The translations under genes and the position numbers were made by a program. Below are positions 1 to 11,330 of a stretch of 64,000 nucleotides of DNA, piece by piece (within the stretch, counting starts at the first letter, position 1; every line of letters begins with the position of its first letter). The DNA is taken from NCBI GenBank assembly GCA_904063045.1, contig CAJFCJ010000005.1:3997689-4061688 (forward strand). The letters run 5' to 3'. The stretch is from Dimorphilus gyrociliatus (taxonomy: Eukaryota > Animalia > Annelida). The notes below the pieces were generated by a model. It saw only the letters and a program-made list of their open reading frames with translations, did no database searches and was not told where the DNA came from.

Positions 1-377
1 CAATCGCTAAAGGTAGAATATCAATTGTGAAATTTAAATATTTAATACTAGTGTTGTTATTCCATCGAAAAAATCCTACGACATGTCATATTATTTTATC
101 ATTTCAGAATAATTTATCAAAATTAGGTCGATTTCTATGCATACCAAACGCCTATTATATGGTCTACATGGAGGAGGAAAACCATTTAGATACGCGTGTC
201 AATTTGGTCAACGATCATGCAATAACCGAATTAGTTGATGAGAATAGTCTTAAAAGAGACAAAAAGCCGATAGTCAATTGGTTATTGATAGCGGCTATCT
301 TAGATAGAATGTTATTATGTCTGTATATAATTTTAAATGCCATTACTGCCACATTTATATTCTCTCATCCAGCGTAA
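1..377 (+). CDS. 3' end of a divergent nicotinic acetylcholine receptor-like (Cys-loop) subunit; last exon 108-377, gene starts left of the window
   Basis: AG acceptor at 107, then an open frame ending in the M4-like VNWLLIAAILDRMLLCLYIILNAITATFIF, closely matching M4 of the neighbouring gene (ANWLLLAAVMDRILFIIYILLN). Confidence 0.75.
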   Translation, partial: IAKGRISIVKFKYLILVLLFHRKNPTTCHIILSFQNNLSKLGRFLCIPNAYYMVYMEEENHLDTRVNLVNDHAITELVDENSLKRDKKPIVNWLLIAAILDRMLLCLYIILNAITATFIFSHPA

Positions 378-962
378 CAAATATTTCGAAAATTAGAACC
401 AATACAGTTATTCAGTCTCTCTTTTTTTTATTTGTGTCGCCCTACATCGTATATGGACACATGCGCTGTCTCTTTCTCTCTCTCACTCTCTCACTCTTCC
501 CTCAATAAATTCCATTTGGTTTTATATAGGCTGAAAAATACTTTCTTCTTTTCTCTTTACTTGAAAGCGTAGGCTAATTCTAAAAATATCTTAAGAAAAT
601 ATAAGAGTAGAAAGTACCCAACTTAAAGTCTTTTAACATTAATAATAGTAATAATCGGTGGGTATAATAAATTTTTATTACATACCATATACAGTATATT
701 GCTTATTGAATAGATTTGAATATTCATTCGTCTAGCACAGGAGACCATTATTCAGTTAACTTTATACCCTAAATGCTCTAAATATTCCAATCTTTAGATG
801 ACAAATAGTTTGAAAGGATAGGTAATAGGCTCAGAATTTTTCACCACAATACAAATTTTTAGTTTAAGAGAGTAAAGAGTGTTCAACATACCTGTTCCGC
901 GAGAAATTGTCATTTTTATATCTATATTTATATAGCTTAAGAATTATTATAAAATAAAAATT

Positions 963-2760
963 ATGGACCTTCTTAAGCTCCTAACTTATATATCTTTTGT
1001 TATCCTTCCTCTTTTCCTTTTACCTGCAGTAATTGGGTAAGTAAATTGTCTTTTTACTACGGTTAATAGAGTGTATGTAGTATATATATACAGGATTTAT
1101 ATAATGGTTAGTAATTAATATTATTAATACATACAACACACTATATGGCAATGATAATATTTTATCAAGCCCTTTTAAGAATTCTCTCTCTTTGAACCTA
1201 TATTTCTTTCTCGATTTCACCCATACTAAGCTCTTTCATCATTTTAACCATATTGTTTTCTTTCTAGTGTTACAAGTGCAGAATCGGAGAATTTATATCC
1301 GAATCCTGAACATAAACTTATCAGAAATTTATTAAGCAATTACGAAAGGGGACATAGATCGGCTAGACCAGTGAAGAATATTCATAAAGCACTTCATCTT
1401 AATTTTACGTTATTCTTAAGAAAACTTATCGATTTAGACCCAAAAAATCAAGAATTAACAACATTAATTGAAATTAAATATGAATGGATAGATGAACTTT
1501 TAAAATGGAATGAATCCGCTTATCATGGTATCAAACTCGTCGAAATGAACATTAAAGATATATGGTCACCCAACGTTAGAATATCTGAATTGTTTGTTTC
1601 GAATTAATATTTCATCAATGTTTATTTCATTCACTTTTCTATTTGTTATAGAACTGGTAGGAAAACAGATTTTAATCCAATTGAAGAAGTTATTGTCGAA
1701 TCTTCAGGAAGAGTAACTTTTAATCCTAGGGAAATTTTAAAAACGCCATGTGACGTTGACGTTACTTATTTTCCTTTTGAGAGACAGGTAAAATGGTACA
1801 TTTAATTATAGCGTTACTCATACATTATTAAATAGACTTGCTCACTTTCGTATGTAAACTGGATGCATCATAACAAAGCTGTTTTTCTGAGGCTGAAAAC
1901 ATCAGGTAATCTTCCTTATGATAAATTCTATTTTACACCCGAACCTGGTAATGAATGGGAAATAATCGACGTTCACCAAGATATTTTTTATCACGAACAT
2001 TACGATTTTGAATGCTGTTCTAATAGGAATTTTACAGCAATGATTTTCAAAATAGAATTAAAAAGGAATGCCAGTAAGTTTAGTCGCTTTACCAAAAATA
2101 TGAACAGAATTATACATCATGTAATTATAATTTACAGCCTTTTTAGCCATTGTACTGTTTTTACCATGCTTTTTACTGGTTCTTTTAAATCTTCTATCAA
2201 CATTTATTCCACCCGATTCAAGCGAAAAGATAAATTTGGCTTTGAGTATCTTCCTTAGCTATTTTGTCTTACTAATGATAGTAATGGATCATATACCTAT
2301 GGGAAGAAAGGTTCCAGCAGTTGGTAAGTTTTTTAACAACGCTGAACTGATATCCTTAAGCATAAAATACTTAAAATTCGTAGGTGAACTCATTGTTGCA
2401 AGTTCGGTTATCATAGCCTGCAACATTATTACATCTACCGCTGTCTATAATATTGCCTTGAAAGGTGACGGAGATGCCAAAGTTCCTGATAGAATTAAGA
2501 AAATTATTTTAAAATTACGGAAAAAATTATTCGTACCGGTCAACTATTACGTACATATTCATAGTGATAGTAATGATAACGATATTCCATTAGAAATGAT
2601 GAATGAAGTCGAAATGGAAAATAAAAGGATGCTTAAAAAGCAAAGAAAGAGAAAGGCTAATTGGTTGCTTTTAGCCGCGGTTATGGATCGAATTTTATTT
2701 ATAATATACATACTGTTAAATATCTTTATAAGTATCTTTGTCTTTGTGAGTCCAATCTAA
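963..2760 (+). CDS. Divergent nAChR-like Cys-loop receptor subunit, 6 exons (about 963-1036, 1268-1591, 1652-1787, 1836-2073, 2138-2323, 2384-2760)
   Basis: Signal peptide MDLLKLLTYISFVILPLFLLPAVIG; RPVKN motif; Cys-loop CDVDVTYFPFERQTC across a splice; loop-C vicinal CC; M1-M2 PPDSSEKINLALSIFLSYFVLL; M4 MDRILF. All junction phases are consistent. Confidence 0.9.
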
Positions 2761-3165
2761 GCTTATTAATAGATAAGAAACGAAAGCAGTGAAAACTCAA
2801 TATTTCAAATTCCTACCTTTGATGATATATTTAACTATTGCAAATTTAAATACGCTATATACTATATATACATATATACTGTATATTCAGTATAAAAACA
2901 TGCATATATTCTTGTCTGCAACAAGACAATTGTAAAATATACAGTTTTACAAGCGCTATTGTATTCTTTTAACGTTTTAGTGATATCATTTAATGATATC
3001 TTTTTAAATAAACGAATTTAAAACAATTGAATAAAAGTTTTTCTATTACAACCAACTCTAATCTTATCGAGTAAAGGTGAGTATTGAGGTAAATTTCAAT
3101 AATTATCATATTTAAATTACTTTTCAAGCAGTTCTAATTCTTTTTCACAACTCTGTTAGTCAATC

Positions 3166-4071
3166 ATGAATATTCCTGGTAGTTTTACTTATGATGGTGT
3201 TCTTTATCCTCCAAATACTAACGTTAATATCTTAACTGCAATTAAAGATTTTTCGTTTAGGTCCGATGATGTGTTGGTCTCATCTTTTCCAAAATCTGGT
3301 ACAACTTGGGTTGTTGAGATTGTTGATGAAATTTTGAGAAGAGGTATCGAACCGGATAATGAATCACCTACCTATTTACGAGCGAAAATGCTCGAACTTG
3401 GACCTCCCGCTATTTCCAAATCTGTTATTGATGAAAATAACGACGAGAATTTGATGAAAGGAGAAAAAAGAGTATTCAAAACTCATTTAGCATACACTAG
3501 TCTTCCAAGTGATATAAGATCGGGTCAGTCAAATATTCGGCTTATCTACATTGTCAGAAATGTCAAGGATAATTTGGTATCATTCTATCATTTTTGTCGT
3601 ATGAACGAATTGTATGGACTTTTCAAGGGGTCCTTTTCAGATTTCTATGACTTATGGTTGAATGGGCAGACACCTCATGGCGATTGGTTCGAACACGTTA
3701 AAGGATATTTAGAAAATTCGGTAAATAATGAAAATATATTAATTATATCCTATGAAGAATTGTTAGAAAGTACTTTTGAAATGATCGGGAAGATATCTAC
3801 ATTTTTAAATATCAACCTAGAAGATAAAGTTGTCAAGAGTATCGTTGAGAAAACTAACATAGAAAATATGAGACAGAATAAGAGAACTAATAGGCTAGAA
3901 GTTAAGGCCTATCGGCAGGATATATCCCAATTTTTTCGTAAAGGTATAGCAGGTGACTGGAAGAATTGGTTAAACGAAGAACAGAGTCAGCGAATTGATC
4001 GTCTGTTCGAAGAAAAACTTCCAACTGATATAAGAATTTTGCTGAACAAACTTTTCTTATCTTATAATTGA
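3166..4071 (+). CDS. Cytosolic sulfotransferase (SULT1-like), intronless, 301 aa
   Basis: 5'-PSB loop FPKSGTTW, catalytic His in KTHL, 3'-PB RNVKDNLVSFYHF, C-terminal RKGIAGDWKN motif. Confidence 0.93.
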   Translation: MNIPGSFTYDGVLYPPNTNVNILTAIKDFSFRSDDVLVSSFPKSGTTWVVEIVDEILRRGIEPDNESPTYLRAKMLELGPPAISKSVIDENNDENLMKGEKRVFKTHLAYTSLPSDIRSGQSNIRLIYIVRNVKDNLVSFYHFCRMNELYGLFKGSFSDFYDLWLNGQTPHGDWFEHVKGYLENSVNNENILIISYEELLESTFEMIGKISTFLNINLEDKVVKSIVEKTNIENMRQNKRTNRLEVKAYRQDISQFFRKGIAGDWKNWLNEEQSQRIDRLFEEKLPTDIRILLNKLFLSYN

Positions 4072-4155
4072 ATTGAAAGAAATACGAATATTTTACGAAC
4101 GAAAATTGTAAAACATATTAAAATTATATAGTCGCATTAATTGCAGTAGTATGAT

Positions 4156-5148
4156 TCAGTCTGTTAGGCGTATTGGAGCTGTGTTAATTGATGCACTCCT
4201 TCCGCAGAATAGTTCTTTAGCTTTCCTTCTAAAAAAAGAATTTAAATGTGCGAAGAGGAAAAAGTTTGCTGATGAATTGATGCTTTTCAATACAGTAGCC
4301 AATCTATGATAGTAAAAAAGGAAATGACCGCAAGTCAACATTTCCTTTACGAATAGCGCCGTGATAACGATACGAAAAATCTCAAAGGAATATACTCCAA
4401 TGAAAAGTATATTTACTGCCAATAAGGACTTTGTAACCTGTTTGGTTCTCATTGCAGTTTTTAATTGATTTCCTGTTGCGGTTTTTAAAGTAGTCTTAAG
4501 CTTTTTAAATGTAAGAATTGTCACTATCAGTACGATAAGAAATGGTGCTAATATTGCCAATATTGCGATAAAAACCAATCGGTAAGCTATCGCATAAAAT
4601 CTATTAGCTTTTAGTGACGTCCCTACAACTTCGTAACTTCCTTTAAAAGAGTTAAATTGGGCGTCGTATTCGTAATTTTGAATGAAATATATCATAAATA
4701 GCAAAAAATAAAGGCAACCAGTAATCAATATAGTCTTTAATTTGGTAATACTTTTATAAGTGAATGGTTTACAAACTGCAACGTATCTTTCAGCGGAAAT
4801 TAAAACAGTTGCCCAATTAGACGCCGCGTCAGCCCATTCAGATACACTATTTGTATATTTCAATCCGTATGCTCTGACAATTGAATAATTTTGAAATAGA
4901 TTAAAATTAGCATATTCCAAAAGGTAAGGTAGCCCTAATATAATAAGATAATGAGTAAGAAAGATGGTATCAGCAACTTCCAGAAAGATTACCAGCACTG
5001 CTGTAGCCGATTTTGATTTCATATTGCTCCATATAACAGCCGCCATAATATTAAATATTATTCCAATACTATTTATAACAGTTATAGGCAATCCAAATAT
5101 TAAAAAACGGGTGAAAGGACAAGAGATAGAAAGTGAGGAATTATTCAT
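4156..5148 (-). CDS. Rhodopsin-class peptide-receptor-like GPCR (FMRFamide/sex-peptide-receptor-like orphan), intronless
   Basis: Seven hydrophobic segments; SAERYVAVCKPF in TM3; INSSANFFLF in TM7; first ATG at 5148 (the ORF track starts at an upstream GTG). Confidence 0.85.
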   Translation of the reverse strand: MNNSSLSISCPFTRFLIFGLPITVINSIGIIFNIMAAVIWSNMKSKSATAVLVIFLEVADTIFLTHYLIILGLPYLLEYANFNLFQNYSIVRAYGLKYTNSVSEWADAASNWATVLISAERYVAVCKPFTYKSITKLKTILITGCLYFLLFMIYFIQNYEYDAQFNSFKGSYEVVGTSLKANRFYAIAYRLVFIAILAILAPFLIVLIVTILTFKKLKTTLKTATGNQLKTAMRTKQVTKSLLAVNILFIGVYSFEIFRIVITALFVKEMLTCGHFLFYYHRLATVLKSINSSANFFLFAHLNSFFRRKAKELFCGRSASINTAPIRLTD

Positions 5149-6441
5149 AATCTCTTTTATATCCACTTTTAAAAGTTCATATTAAAACTCCCTTACTGAG
5201 TAAAAATGTTCCTTGAAAGGAATCTGTTATTCTCCTATATATTGAATTTTTATTGTAAATAGTCATATATTTATTAAACCTTTATGTTCTCTTCAGTTAA
5301 AAAAAATCATAATACATACCTTTTCAATTGATAGACAGTTAATTGTAACGTTTGTGTCGGTAGAATTTTAATGGTTATATTATTTTCTTTAAATTCTCTC
5401 CTTTTCTCCTAGTTTGTTTCTGTTTGTCCAGTACTATCAGTGATAACCTCAATATGAATAGTCTTTCTTCGAATGTTAGCCATTGAAGAAGAGTAGAAGA
5501 GCCTTCAGAGGGCGTTCAGTATGTATTATAAGATATCTTTGTACTTATTAAATGATACTTTTTACCCTAGAAACTTAATCTTCAATCCATACATTCATTC
5601 CAAAGGTCGCTTGTTCTATAACAACGGAGACATAAATAACTAATCTCTAACAATTATATTACCTGATTAGATATTTCATGTGAAGAAAGGATGCTAAATA
5701 AATCACTTATATTAGTCCAATACGTTGCTTTGTTTTACTCGCACCGAGATTGTTGGATATCAATTAATGGACTGATCCTTTGTAGCTACAAGCGTGATAG
5801 TAATATTAAAAGTAATCTTAAAAAATAGTATGTAGGCTGAAAGTGGTGTATTATTTACTTTTAGGTTTACTAATTATTGATTATCTAGTAACAGTGATAC
5901 CATCAATCAAATATAGATATATATATATAAATACAACAATATTTATAAGCGAATGGTTTCACTTTCCTTACTCCTTATCTTTATTATTTTTAACAAAAAT
6001 TTCCCAACGCCATCTATTGCAGCATACTAATCTTAATATTAAACTCGTAATTCAATGTAACAAAAACTAGATAAAAGTAATTTCGATTGTCTAAAAATGA
6101 AAATTAAATTGATGCACTTAACCTAATTAATTAGTTAATTATTAAAAGTTACTTTATAATTGTCTTATTTATACTATACAACTTCAATTGTTAGCTTAAA
6201 ATTCTCTAATAAACAGGGTTAAAGTACTAGAAGAGATAATACGTTCTTAAGTAATCCTGCAGGAAAAAAAGGAAAGCTAATAATTTAATGTACACTTTAC
6301 CAAACCTTCATCGGAAAATTTTAATTAAATATTAGTAAATGTCTCTCAAGCGACATCTTTGAACCAACACGAAATTAGTAAGGACATTTCAATACTACTC
6401 TCCATTTAGATAACTTACTTTTTCTCCCCAAAAATATAATA

Positions 6442-7651
6442 ATGGCATTGAATAATATCACATTTCCTTATACTGACAAACCCACTATTCAAAGATCAAC
6501 GTATCCTACCGTAGATTGTCCTGGTTGCTTCGTCATTACTGTCGCAGCAGAACCAGCAGTTGAAGGGTTTAATATGAATTTAATTGAAAATTGGATATTT
6601 GGAGTGTTTACGTCGTTATGTTCTTGTATTATTCTTTTGGGTAACATTCTCGTTATTCTCGCTGTTTTCACATACAGACCTTTGAAAAGCGTTCAAAACT
6701 TCTATATTGTATCCTTAGCCGTTTCCGACCTTCTAATTGCAGTTATTATTCTACCATTCAACATTATAAGCTATATTATGGATCGTTGGGTGTTTGGTAA
6801 AATATTCTGCGAAATTTGGCTAACGGTTGATACGTTCAAATGTACAGTCAGCACCCTTAGCTTGTGTGCGATTGGTTTTGATTGTTATTTTGCCATTCAC
6901 AATTCCATCAATTATATCCCAAAAAGGACTCGGAAGAGAACTTTAACTATAATATTTTTGGCTTGGATAGTATCTTTTCTAATAAATGTTTCACCAGTTT
7001 TTGGATGGAACGTCAGCGAGAATTCGCTCTATCATACAACTGTTATTTGCAAACGTACAAGTGACAAAGGATATATTCTTTATTCTACTTTAATGGGATT
7101 TTTCATTCCTTTGATTATAATGAATCTCATATATTTAATAATATTTATCGTTGACCTAAAAAGATTTAGAGTAAAATCTGTAGAAAGACGAGACATTTCA
7201 CATGTTAACACTCAAATGAATACAATTGTACGAATAGATAGTGGAATATTTTTGAATATTGCTTCAATAGTGAGCCCAAATAAAATTCAACCAGTAATGA
7301 ACAACTCAAATGAGAAATCCGATGAATGTTTTATAAAGAAAAATAGATTCCTTTCCAAAGAACGGCAATCGGCAAAGACTCTGAGTATAATAATGACAGC
7401 TTTTACAATATGTTGGCTACCCTTCTTTCTAATGTAAGAATTACAATTTTAATCATAGATGTTCATAATAATATATTGATTATATTTTTAGGAGTATTAC
7501 TCTTTCTCCTGACGATGCTCATTCGATTCAATTCAAATTTACTATCTGGTTGGGATATACAAGTTCAGCACTTAATCCGATAATTTTTACACTCTTCAAC
7601 ATTAGATTTCGAAGAGCTTTTCAAACTTTATTATCATTAAAGCATCATTAA
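6442..7651 (+). CDS. Biogenic-amine-receptor-like GPCR, copy 1 (exons 6442-7433, 7492-7651)
   Basis: [19 protein letters not shown]3.32 in WLTVD, CWLPFF; the spliced last exon gives [14 protein letters not shown] and helix 8 FRRAF. Confidence 0.88.
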
Positions 7652-8800
7652 ACTAAACTTGAAAAGCTATAATATCCAACTTACAATAGAGATTTAGCTA
7701 TGAATGTTTATTACCGTTACTGTATATATTACTGTATATAATTAGATAGTATGGTTTTGTTCGAAATAAACTAGTACTTAAGGTATTTCTTATTAAAAGC
7801 TTATAAAAGATCAAGCGGGAGTTTACATAAAACTCAATAAGGTTTTGTTGATCTTTAGCATAATCTCTCTTTATCTTTAAGTAGTCGAATGGAAAATATT
7901 TTACATAATAACACTATTACTACTTGATCCTATAACTATAGTTTATTATTAAAATAAAGGTGAAATGAAATCTGACTCATTTAATTATCCGTATTTAGTC
8001 ATTTAATTAAACTTGAGATTTATAAAATCTCTTGAAAATAGTTAAAACTTTACTGAGTGTTAATTAATATATACCGTACGGTTTATATTAAGACCATAAA
8101 GATTTGGAAATTTCTATTTAGGATACATTAATTCTGGATTGGTTTCGTAAGGTGTAATGCTTCAACCTTATTGAGAATGTCTGGGGAATGATAAAGAATA
8201 AAATTTGCTTTGAGCGAATTTTCTAATTTAAATAATTTGTAAAGAAGAATTCAAATTCAATCAGAGACCAATACAGTGGTCAGTAATATACTAAAAGCAA
8301 TAAACAAGTGGTTTGCAAATGTTACAGAAATAGAAAGGAAATAATTGTATTACAACCAATCCACTACATTAAAAATCTTTGGTATATATTAGGACATCTT
8401 CTGGAGTTAAATGTAACCAGTCTAACTAATATATTTAATAATGTATCATAGTTTTAAGTATCCATTAACTTTCTTACTGATTAAAATATTAAACAATATT
8501 AAATGACTATTAAATTTTCTTTAAAAATCCGTATAGTCAATCATTAACTCCATTATTCAGGTAAAAACGATACGTACTAATTGGTTCAATATTTAAAGTT
8601 ACCTTGATTACCTCCTTTAACAACAGGAATTTTCCATCTCAAATTTTTTTTACAAATAGTTTAATTGCTACATCTTATTAAATAGAGGCTCCCTCTAGCA
8701 ACAAACACAATTATGTACTAATATGTTCAATCAGATATCCTTCCAAATCGGCAAAGAATAGCATTTGGATTTTTCCTCTGTTCAAAAAGAAAAGAATAAT

Positions 8801-10019
8801 ATGATTTTAAATACTACTACATTGCTTTACAACGATAGTTTGTATCCTACCGTAGATTGTCCTAGTTGTTCTACCATTACTGATATTTTAAAGCCAGCAG
8901 TTATAGATTATAATACAATTGAAAGTTGGATGCTTAGACTTCTTACGTCGCTATGTGCTTGTGTTATTCTTTTGGGTAACATTCTCGTTATTCTTGCTGT
9001 TTTTACATACAAACCATTGAAAAGCGTTCAAAACTTTTATATCGTATCCCTGGCAGTTTCCGACCTGCTGGTTGCAATTGTTATTCTGCCATTCAACATT
9101 TCAAGCTATATTATGGATCGTGTTGCGTTCGGTGAAATATTCTGCGAGATATGGTTAGCCTTTGAGCTATTAGCCTGTACAGCTAGTATCCTTAACTTAT
9201 GTACGATTGCTTTAGATCGTTATTTTGCCATTCACAATCCCATCAATTACACACAGAAAAGGACTCGGAAACGAAATTTATCGATAATATGTTTGGTTTG
9301 GATAATATCAATCGGAATAAGTGTTCCACCAGTTGTTGGATGGAATGCTAACGGGTATCTGTTTAACGGTACAACTGATTTTTGCCATCATACAACTGAC
9401 TTTGGATTTATTACTTTTTCTAGTATAACAGGGTTTTTCATTCCTATGATTATAATGAATTTGGTATACTTGAAAATTTTTGTTGCAAGTCGAAAACGAT
9501 TTAAAGAAAAGGGGAAATGTACACTGGCATTGGTATCTATACTTCATAACAAAGTTATAAATGAGATGAACCACACAACTGCGAGAGATTTCAATCCAAA
9601 TAAAGTTCAATCAGAAATAACCAATCAGGCATTTCAAACTCATAATTTCTTGGAAGAGAAGAAAAAGCTTTTATTGTCTAAAGAAAGGCGAGGAACAATA
9701 ACAACATGTATAGTCATTGGAGTATATGATATTTGTTTTTTACCTTGTCTCGTATTGTAAGGATTTCACTTTGAATACTTATTAGTATACTTTATTAAAT
9801 AACTGTTTTATATTTAGATATATATTTGGAACTCTTAAAGGAACTTACTACATCTCAAATTGGAGATTTTACCGAGCTGTTACATGGTTTGTATTTGTAA
9901 ACTCAGCAGTTAATCCTATAATCTATACTATCTTTAACAAGGAATTCAGAAAAGCATTTCAAAAATTATTACTCTTCCAGAGTATAAATTTGTCAACAGA
10001 ATCTAAACACAGTATTTAA
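8801..10019 (+). CDS. Biogenic-amine-receptor-like GPCR, copy 2, a tandem paralog (exons 8801-9756, 9818-10019)
   Basis: TM1-TM2 nearly identical to copy 1; ALDRY; intron at the same position and phase; last exon gives [14 protein letters not shown] and FRKAF. Confidence 0.88.
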
Positions 10020-10259
10020 CAAACTTAAAATTGATGTTGTACGAAATAAAAGTATAGTTCAAAATTTTCAAGTTTGGGTCTTTAAACCTTCCATTGTTTG
10101 TCAACATAGATGATTTACATTAATAGGATACACACAATTATTATCCTTTTGTCTATTCGAAACCTATTCTAATTAAGAATAAATTGATTTCCATAAAAAT
10201 AATGTGGCCGCTTCAGTTGGCCAAAAAACATAGTAAAGTCCATGATAATGAACCAACAA

Positions 10260-10680
10260 ATATGAAACATATTTGGAAAATTTACTTCAAAAACTAGATT
10301 GCGCTTTCTAGATGAACCAGTTAAGCGATGAGAGTAAGATTATCTATAGTAAACAAAACTGAACTACATATGAAATTATAACAAAACTATCGGTATCAGA
10401 CAAAAATGATGTGAAGACAATAAAATATATGTTTAAATTATAATATGAAGAAGAAGGTTCTACAATTGAAAAGCTAATATCATTCTTTATTACTTGGTCA
10501 ATGGTTACCGATGAATTTTCACATTATTCACTAAATGAAATTTTAACGTTTTTCTGCAACTGCCTTTCGAATAATTTATATAGCTGAAAATCAATCGGAA
10601 TTCTTTCAGCAAAATACTCAGCCATTAAACATATGACAGATATATTTTATAACGATTTAGAAGCTAAAGTAATGAGTGAT
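10260..10680 (+). pseudogene. Old, heavily decayed copy of the N-terminal part of the ARM-TIR gene at 12301
   Basis: Conceptual fragments LENLLQKLDCAF*MNQLSDESKIIY, STIEKLISFFITWSMVTDEFS, EILTFFCNC and AENQSEFFQQNT align in order with LESSIQQDSSFYVEQLSEKTKPLY, SSIESLLIEWADGSMEFS, QILTVLYNC and DENQSELFQQET; there are stops, frameshifts and deletions. Confidence 0.6.
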
Positions 10681-10689
10681 ATTACTTTT

Positions 10690-11330
10690 GATATTGATTC
10701 AAAATCTTAACATGTTGACAACCCTAAAGATCAATACTGTAATAACTCTCTACGTACAAACTTTTTAATGTTTTTGCTATATAGGCTCCGCAGCTAGCCA
10801 AACTATGAGCGTTAAAACAGTACAAGATACTGTAAAGCATATACAGAAACAGTTAATTTTATGTGGAACAACTATCGGATAAAACAAAGCAGGTTTATGA
10901 GCGTACAAAATATAATATGGATGAGATTATAATTCTGCCCGAAGGATCTTTATCAGATGAGAACTTTAGCTACGTAGAAGAAGCCATACATTCTTTAAGA
11001 CGGTTCATCCATATTTTAAAAATAGAAAAAGCTATAAAAATATTAATTAAAGCTTTAGCAATTGATTTAGTAAACGACAACATTTTGGAAACCATATTTA
11101 ATTTTATAAGACAAATTCCAAAATTAAGGAGAGTTTGGCTTCTTTCTTAGAATCTTTTATGATTGAATGGGCAGACGGATCGAAGGAATTCTCATACGCC
11201 TTCTATCAAGTGGATGAAACTATTAAGTTTTTTATTAAATGTGCTAATGCATCACAGACATATTGGTTTGTTAAATATTGTAAAAGTACAATTATTCTTT
11301 GAAATATAAATAATTTAGACGCTTGGATTA
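10690..11330 (+). pseudogene. Younger 5'-only pseudogene of the ARM-TIR gene, including its duplicated upstream sequence
   Basis: gatattgattcaaaatcttaa...aaccc.aaagatc.atactgt occurs at about 10690 and about 12193. The start ATGGGCTCTG has become ATAGGCTCCG. There is an internal deletion and frameshifts, and homology stops shortly after exon 1. Confidence 0.85.
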
